Shown here: piece after piece, positions 47,655 to 56,042 of the stretch
How the letters are laid out: each line of letters opens with the position of its first letter
Position numbering within the stretch: the first letter of the stretch is position 1
Assembly: GCA_002633005.1 (NCBI GenBank)
Contig: NMRA01000060.1
Location: forward strand, 34,032 to 90,073
Direction: 5' to 3'
Length of the DNA stretch: 56,042 bases
Origin: Phoronis australis
Lineage: Eukaryota > Animalia > Phoronida
Notes under the pieces: generated by a model
What the model saw: only the letters and a program-made list of their open reading frames with translations
The model's database searches: none
Told to the model about the DNA's origin: nothing
Program-made: the position numbers and the translations under genes

Positions 47655-48767
47655 CTGTAAACAAAAACACCAAACAAACAATAAACCGAAAAGTCAACAA
47701 AGCATTTCCCCTTCATGTAATATATGCCTTTGGACATAGCATGATTGAAGAAGGGTCCTTGTTGCGGACGAATGCAAATCAAAGATAAAGAAATACGCTC
47801 CTTTTGCAATAGTCTTCCTAAGTTCCAAAACGTTGCAATCGTGCAGTTAATCTCCTTGTAGGAACATAAAAAAGAATTTAGTGGGCCTATACTACATGTT
47901 TGCATATACTATTTTTATTCCATCAAGTAAGATGGTTGAGTTAAGTGGGCGACAGATAAATTATGTTATTAAAGAGAGACTGAAATATATAATGGCGTTT
48001 TCTTAACAAATGTAAAAACAATTTTACAAGGAACACACATGGTCGGATTGAAGGTGACCTAGTGGACTCAGTCTCCAAAGCAACGCAGGGCATTGATATA
48101 CACCCACCGTCTGCTGCGTGTAAACCGCACTTACAGGATATTAATAGTTTTTTCAAACATTCCTACCAAATAGAGTAATGATAGTTAACTTAAAAATGGC
48201 CTCTAGACTGTGCAAAGCAAGTCAAAAGTGTTCTCCTCAATAGCGACACACCACTTGCATTTCATTGTGATACTTCAAGAAGTTTGGTGGACAGGGAGGC
48301 AGAAGACAAAGGACTCAAAACCACCAAAACCCTACAATGGTCTACAGAGTTGATCATGCGATACAGGGCAGGTTTGTTGTCTACGTGATAGTATTTTTTG
48401 CCAAATTTAATGCACATCCATTGAACTTGATAGATATCAAGGCAAACGCCTAAAAAACAAAATATTGACATTAGTTGACTTATCAGTAATTGGGTATGTC
48501 CCAAATTCCATGTCAGATCTACTGTAATCAATAGAAACATGCCAAATTTTGACGATCTCTCAACTTGTATTGAGCCATAGGCAAAAAATGAACTTGACAC
48601 AAGGGGACGTCACAGCACTAAGACCCATTCAAAAATTTCCGTCAGCCACGCAGTTCCCAGAATGAACATATGACAATTTTAAGAATAACCCTTAGAGTGA
48701 TTTGACCGATAGAGAGGCAAACGTTAACAATCATACTCGAAAACAATAAAAAACAGTCAATGCAGTC

Positions 48768-51700
48768 TAGTCAGTTAAGACTTATTTTTAGACGGATCGT
48801 TCACTTTTTAAAAAAGCGTGAAAATTTTGTCACTAGTATACATGTATGTTTGCGCTCTTTCAGAAAATCAAAATATGAAAGTCATCTGGCTCTGATTTTG
48901 GTCGCCATCTTGGATTTAAATATGATGACAGTGAAAATTGAATTCTATACCTTGCGATCAAAAAAACACTAAAGTATTTAGAAAATTAACATTGTTGCCC
49001 GCAATATCAGTTCCGTGACAACGTCAGTACCTTATTAGTAAAAACCAAAGAAATTTGTGATAAAACTGGAGTGTTTAGTTTTTCCAAGAAATTTAGTGCA
49101 CGGCTGTCAGTCTGATACCAATTTATAGACCACTGGGCTTACACATTATTTTCAGCACAACTTTGAAAGCGTTCAAATTATTTTAATTGAATTGACAAAC
49201 GGTAAGGTGCACGTGATGCGCTTCCTTTTTAAAAATTTCCAAACATTCAGACTTTGGATATTGATTTTGTTGTTGAAAAGTTACATTATAGACATTGGTT
49301 TTTAATGTTTATTACAAAATCTTCAATACAATGAATATACATAATCCAGAAAGCGCCAAGAGGCATTATATCTGGGTTAAATAACTACAAAGAAATCTAT
49401 ATACAGTTATTATATAATAACACATAAATTAAAAAAACCGATGTTAAGATTTCAATGACATATGATTACGAATGTAAAATAAATAAATCATTTTCATACA
49501 CATGTGACTACTATCCACTCACGCAGAGATGTAATGTTATAAAGAAATTTTGATACTTTTTCGAATAAAACCATATTTTCATTTGTCTCGAGTTCTTGAC
49601 ATCCATATAGAAAAAACAGTTGTGTACAATTGCGGAATTTCAGATTTTTTTGTAAACATTGGGGTATTGTTCGAGTGTCTCGAAAAGCTGTACCCTCTGC
49701 TCCCTGCATACCTCATGAGCAAAGAAAAGATTAGCATTTGTATCGGTGTCTCCACATGAAAACAGAGGCGAAATATTATTAAAATTATGTCAAAATTTCT
49801 CGTTGTTTAGGAGTGTAACGCATCTTGTTCTGTATAGGATTATTACATGGTTGCGGGGAAGTTGGAATGTCAATGGGACTGGCAAGTCTTGAGTAATGGT
49901 ATGCATTTTAAAGTTATTTTCGAGAGTGACAACTGAAATGCTTTTTTTTATTTTGGATGGTAAGGAATTCCTGTTGCCAATGCAAGTTAATATTGTAGAT
50001 ATCCTAAAGGCTTGGCTAAGGGAAGATGGGATAGTGTACAGTATATATATATATATTACTTTGCCGCAGTCCTCGTGTTAAGTCCCTTGTATGAGTCAAA
50101 GAGGATTTTGGTTGAATAATTGTTTATGTTGGTTAAGACTTTATATGTATGCATGGACAGGTGGACTGTGCGACGAGTTGCTGGTTTGCTCCAGTTGAGA
50201 CTGTTTAGAGCCTTGATTGTGTTGGATCCTTTGTATGCTCCTGTTATGCCAGCGTTTCCCGATTGGTAGATTATGTCTCAGTAATCTTGATGTGGAAGTA
50301 CTAAAGACTTGAACAAAGTTTCAAGATGCATGAAGTTGAGATGACGATAGACAGTTCTAGTAAGATTGATTAATTGTTGTACTTTATGAACGAGTTAGCA
50401 ACAGGTCTAGTAGCAAGCCAAGGTGTTTATGTGTGAATTTATTGGGAATAACTTTCCCATTGAGTGATTTCCAGCATTGGATTTGTTTGGTAATTAGTAT
50501 TATTAAACTTAGAAAATACAAGATCAACACTTTGTTCAGGCTTAAATTTCACCTTCCATTTGTAAGACCAGTCATAGACTTTTAGGTCAGTTTGCAATTG
50601 TAAGGAGTCATGGGTATGCTCTTTTGAGAATGGGTAGAAAATTACAGTGTCATCAGCATATGAGAATGTATTAGAGTTTATTGTGTCTGGAAGATCATTG
50701 ATGTACAGTAAAAAGAGTACGGGGCCTAGTACGCTACCCTGTGGTACTCCAGCATTTACGAAACCTGGTGATGAGGATGATAAGACACCCTCCATTTGGA
50801 CATTTCAGATATGATTTTAAAAGTAAGAGGAGAGCGCCTGAGAAACTGTAAGATTGCAATTCATGTAGATGAAGATAATGGGGAACGACCTCAAAAACGG
50901 ACGCAATGTCTAAAAATACAGACAATGTCTAGTCCCATGGTGGCATTTGTTATTTATTTATTTATTCATTTATTCCTTTCCTGCAATGGCCAAGAACTGT
51001 AATTTTTAATGTTGGAATCATGTGTGACAACGAGGGTAGCTTCAATCAAGAAAGAACACAATAGTAATTGTATGTTATTTGCCAAAAAAGCGCTTGTTCA
51101 CCTCTTCTGGACTCCTTCAAAGGTAAAAAGAGGCAAGTCACATTTTAAAACTAAATAACCTTAATTCCCTGCCACCAGGCGTTGATATCCATTGTCTAGA
51201 TCGTGGCTATGTCATGGATGAAACATTTAAACAAAACAAAGCTGTGCGGCATAAAAATCGTGTTACAAACTTTGACAGAAACTAGTAAGCGATGAGATGA
51301 AAGGCCAGCGAAGATGAAAATACAACAAAACCACCAAAAACTTTACAATACAGGATCACTACAGCATTAAGATGATTACTTTTCTGTAGTAAAAGTGGCG
51401 AGAGTGAAAAACTGCACAGAGCACAACCGGATTCAATTGACATGCGAGTGCGTAATTATGTTATGACACCACAGGACACTAAGGTACCGGGGAAAGTATC
51501 AGAAGGAGACATGCTTGCTTTAGATGCAAAATATCACTTAAGTTTTCTGACTGCTTTGTACAGTGAATTTATCAACACACCGAAGAACAACTTACACACA
51601 GTACATGTGAAAGTCTCGTTTGGTGTTTGCTGATTTTTTTCATCTAAAATTCCCAGTGTAGTGACACGTTGCCCGTTTCGCCCGTCTGATCTCAAAATGT

Positions 51701-53762
51701 ACTAATCTTGGATCGAAGAGAAATGTTTCTCCGGAACATTGAATGTTACTAGGCTAAGAGATAGGCTACTAAATTTGCCCTGTGTTTGAGCTTGTAAATT
51801 GGTAATCTATTGGTAGTTATTTGATGATATTCGATAAAGACATAGGTGCAGCCGCCAAAACACCTTATAGTACAAATCACGATGATTATGAACGACTTGG
51901 AACAGCGTGTGCACCGGATGAAAAACGACTGCAGTGTTTTTTCCAGGATATGTTTCTTGTCAATCCAGACAAGGAGAACTTGACGAGTTTTGTAAATACG
52001 AGAACTAACCATCGCCACCATCACTGTCAGATATGGGTGAGATTCTACAGTGTGTCAAATCAGACCTAATCGACCGTATTGGGAAATACATCATCTGTTA
52101 TTCATGGCAAAATCTTCGAAGGGTTTGTGGTTGTTAATATGTTGGAAGGTAAGGATTACAAAACCTTCTGCGAATATACTGAATGCGTCTTCTTGTCCTA
52201 CATCGTGAGGAGAGACCTTGAATCCTTAAAGCAATTGAACGTAGTTCGGGACACATACCTGACAGCTTAAAAAGTTCAATTCGACGAAAAAGGGGTCCGG
52301 CAGTAGTGTGAAGGTGTCAAGGTCAAACTCATTTCTCCCAGAACTGGAACAGTTTCCTCAGAGCAGCTCAAAACTAGCACGAACTGCACCTTTTGCAGTC
52401 AGTGTACATTGCCGACCTTGATACCCAGGAAAGGTAGTAATGTAGCATCTACTCAACGGAATGGACTTGTTTCCAATGATGACGTCGATGCTGCGAACAT
52501 GATTGTTCCATGTAACCACAAAGAAGGCGACACCAGACTGATCATTGTTTACATAGCCCATGCCGAAGCGGACACTGGTGTGGTGGTGCTAACAGTGTTT
52601 TGACTTTTGTGACCTTGTACTTGAAGAGTTGTGAGTTGCCTTCGGTGTAAAGAAAGATTAATCCAACTCACGATATTGCATCACTTCTTTGATCTATGAA
52701 GTCTTAGTCGCTTCTTTTCTTTCACCCGATGTCCGGCTGTGACACCATGTCGTCATTTGATTTCAAAGGAAATAAGAAAGCATGGGGGCACTTGGAAGAC
52801 GTTCTGTGAAACAACAGCATCATTTCACAAACTTTCAAGCAGGCCAATCTGAGTTAGATGGAGATTTTGAGGTTCTTCAACGACTTGTTGTACTGCAATA
52901 TGGCAGGACAAATGACTGTTTGCAGGTTAACACCTTTCGGAAGATTCTGTTTGCAAAAGACCTCAAATAGATTGATTTCCATTAACTGAGGCAGCCTTAA
53001 GAGAGCACGTGAAAAGAGTTATTTATCAGACAAGACATGTATGGAACCAAGTCTTCTTTAAACAGCAACAACTTGTCTGATGAATGAGCTGGGCAAGAGA
53101 AGAAATGGTTCTGTGGGTCTATGGTCTCTGCAACCAGAAGCTTCGAAGTACTGTTAGGAGCTCTCCAGATCTGGATGTAAACATCGTGCAGACCACCGTG
53201 TACAGACCTATGCAACTGTGTAGGGTCTTGCAAGAAATCATTATCACAAGCTGTGCCATTCCTTGTGAAGATTACCAGAAGTGAGTGCACATTTACTATC
53301 CCTTGGATCACATTTACCATGTGAAGCCATGCATAACGAGAGACCTCAAAATATTAAAACCAGTTTCAATGACGTGCCATGGTCTCCTGAATACACAGAA
53401 GACACAAACAAATCTTTTCTGCATGTTTTAGTAGCCTCATTCGAATTCCATCAACCCAAAACATCCTTATGAAATGAAATGCATAGCTCATGGCATCAGT
53501 GACAGAGAATACGTACTTTCTAAAATCGTCCGTTTTTGGAAGTCATAATTAATGTTCTGTCATGACATCACATGATCACAAATTTGAACTCAGCACTTAC
53601 AACATATTTCCGACTATACATCTTTTCTGACTACCCCCTGGTAACTCACAACGACGTGGTGGTGATATTTAAATACAAGATGGCGGCCACACTAAGAGTC
53701 AGACCACGTGTCTCGTTTTATTTTTTAAAAGAACAGTGGAAAATTATCCCTTTAACTGCCTA
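48768..53762 (+). mobile_element. Decayed Academ-like (XPG nuclease + Cys-rich finger) DNA transposon
   Basis: TAG..CTA termini with imperfect TIRs: tagtcagttaa / ttaactgccta and ggtcgccatcttggatttaaatat / atatttaaatacaagatggcggcc. Broken ORF fragments GDMLALDAKYH, KTFCEY..VF, CNHKEGDTRL..DTGVVVL, FHPMSGCDTMSSF..KGNKKAW, LREHVKRVIYQ and PCTDLCNC. Confidence 0.75.
50080..50930 (-). mobile_element. CR1/L2-type LINE RT fragment nested in the Academ-like element
   Basis: [21 protein letters not shown]...YADDT...LQTDL..WS..W and FLDIAS.FEVVPH. Frameshifted. May extend further 3' (towards ~49800). Confidence 0.88.
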
Positions 53763-54319
53763 GACCAATAGGCGAGCTTCATATGTGAATTCGAATACGA
53801 GAAGGCGGTGTCGACTGCTTAATAGAATGACATTTGCAAAATTTCATGAAAATCCTTCAAGGAACGTCGAAAATACAGAAGAAAAATGTTTCTGCACTTG
53901 TTCATGACAGGCAGCCGAGATGGCCAAGAAAATAAAAAGTGCCACTAAGAAGCGCCATAGTAGTTGGGCCATCTTAAAATCACCATCAGCCGTCTTCTTC
54001 CAGTAGGAAGGCATTAAAGCGATGTTCATAATCATCCTTAATGCGGTTTAACGAATAGAGAGGTGTGTGCCAACGAATTCAAAACAAACGGCCACTAAGA
54101 AGACAAAACAAGGTGGCGGCGTTGCCTTCTCTTATTTGCCAAAATTCATGAAAATACTTCAAGGAACTACACAGATTTAAAAGCCAACTACATAAAATAA
54201 AATTGCCTCCAGAGGACAAAAGTGGTTAGGCCCCTCTGTAAATTCGCCAACCCGTTGAGTTCTAAGACCACATATGGATAAAACTAAGATTTTGTAAAAT
54301 TCCCCCTTTGTTACCAATA

Positions 54320-55170
54320 CTGAACGCGGGGTTTAGCAACTTCCACTGAGCTGTATTATTAAGAGAATGAATTCGTACAACAGGCAAAATACTCGGTTGT
54401 AAAAATTCAGAGACTGTAGCTAAATGTCATGGGATGACGACATTCTATTGAGATGGGTTTGTGCCCTAAAATTGTTATTTTTTACAAAAAGACGGAATTT
54501 ATTAGTACCGTGATCTAAAATTTTGACGTTGTCAAAAAGTTCATTAAGTTTTAGTTTCAAAATCTGACAAGTCATGCCAACATATGATGCGTTACAGTTA
54601 ACACAACTATAAAAATACACAACATTAGATAGCTTGTGTCGCCTTGGGGAATTGTTTAGATCTATTAAGAGACCTAAACCTATTCGTAGTAAAACTACTA
54701 ACAAGTTCCACGTTTGCCTCAATTGTCTATTGATTACTAACAAGAGCATTAGGTCTCTCAATAGATCCAAACAATTCCGGACACCGACACATACATGTAA
54801 GCGATCTAATGTTTTGTATTGGTTGAGCTGTGTTGACTGTAACGGCATCAAATATTGGCATGACCTGTCGGATTTTGAAACTTAATGAACATTTTAAGGA
54901 AAAACAGTTATGTTACCAGCTATGTGATAGATACCGGTCACGAGATAGATTTTGACAACGTTGGTACATTAGGTCACGATGCTTGTAAATTCCGTTTGTT
55001 AGTAAAGGAAAATTTTCAAAATTTTAGAACACAAACCCTCACTCAATAGAATGCCGAAATCATATGACATCCAGCTATTCACATTGTGAGTAATTTTTCC
55101 GTAATATGTTCTGCGTGTTATATGTATCCATTCTCTTCACAATACAGCTCAGTGGAAGTTGTGGAACGTC
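54320..55170. mobile_element. Old Penelope-like relic, also in inverted two-arm arrangement
   Basis: Minus arm SNVVYFYSCVNCNASYVGMT..FDNVKILDH. Plus arm SNVLYWLSCVDC..TGHEIDFDNV..KFRLLVKE..KPSLNR. Inverted caacttccactgagctgtatt near both outer ends. Confidence 0.75.
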
Positions 55171-56042
55171 GCGTACTGGTAGAAATACGGAATTTTCTAA
55201 AATAATGATCGTCAATTTTACCCATATGTGTTTTTATAACGCAATTTTATCCTCATGTTTCGGCCAAAACGAACATAATAAGTATTCATCAGGAAAATAT
55301 AACGAACCCTCACGAAAATGAAAGCTGGACGCCAGATGGACTTAGTTCCTAAATTAGGGACGTTGCACGAAAAGACTCCTATTTGTATCCCATCATAGAT
55401 ATTAGTAAAGAGATTCGCGACTCCGTGAAGTCTCGCGGCCTAACGCAAAAGTACGTGAGCAGGATTCCAAACTTCCGGTCTCATGGCTAAGCATAGTAAC
55501 GAAGGTGAACTTTGGTTTTTATTTCACGCACGTCAAGCAAATTTTTGAGTTTGAAATTAACTTGTTGTGTTTAATGCAAACTAAATCGCGTATGCGAGCC
55601 ATTCAAGTCGGATTGTTGATACGAAACGTGTCTGAATTAACTTGACAAGTTGTTGATCGGCCCGCTTGCTGGCACAGTTCAACAGTACACACGAATCGAG
55701 GAGTTTGGCCCAAAGAAAAGGTTGAGCTAAATGGATAATTCTTTTCACCAGTTGAATTCTCAGTCATTTACGATGAAATTTAGTTTGAATTTTGTGATTT
55801 TGTATGAATTTTGGATCAACCTAAATGCAGTTTCTCATTCGTCACTATGTTTACAATACATAAGCCATGGTTTACCAATATATCCAAAATTCAACAAGAG
55901 CGAAATTTTGCCATTTTTCATGATTTTCAGAAGCTCATATATATTAGCATGATGAAAAGTGGTGGAAAATGAAAAGTATGCCATCGAAATATTAAAACTT
56001 TCTTCTTTATATTGATATCCGTTTCATTCATGAATATTTTTT

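Noticed and set aside
47941-48156. Cys-containing ORF as an upstream EGF exon
   Set aside because: Cys spacing does not fit EGF and no convincing phase 1-1 splice pair was found.
53844-54035. Minus-strand signal-peptide-like ORF (MAQLLWRFLVALFIFLAISAACHEQ) as exon 1 of the receptor
   Set aside because: No good phase-1 GT donor follows. It lies in a locally duplicated repeat (gccactaagaag and ttcatgaaaat.cttcaaggaac each occur twice). 5' RACE could still rescue it.
54320-54360. Hammerhead in the old Penelope relic
   Set aside because: No recognisable CUGANGA/UUGANAA plus GAAA core survives in either arm.

Overview
AT-rich, intron- and repeat-rich animal genomic DNA. The (TTAGGG)n-type repeats, transposon spectrum and gene family suggest a marine invertebrate, possibly a deuterostome (inference). 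One large minus-strand gene spans about 47.7 kb and is truncated at both ends. I reconstructed 19 phase-compatible exons by hand (3018 nt, about 1006 codons). They encode Tie1/Tie2-like EGF repeats, six FN3 domains, an RPTP-type membrane-proximal domain with an RTKR furin site, one TM helix, a Tyr-rich juxtamembrane region, the wedge and the KNRY motif of a tyrosine phosphatase domain. The product is therefore a receptor PTP with a Tie-like ectodomain, and one of its introns is GC-AG. Introns and the upstream region hold a young inverted Penelope-like element (TSD, two U3-A8 variant minimal hammerhead motifs), an older inverted Penelope relic, an Academ-like transposon with a nested CR1/L2 fragment, an RTE fragment, Harbinger- and hAT-type MITEs, tRNA-derived repeats, satellites and an interstitial telomeric tract. 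The octamer TACATGTA is strongly enriched and appears as discrete insertions in paired repeat copies. Most short ORFs in the supplied track are spurious. All calls are by eye, with no database searches.
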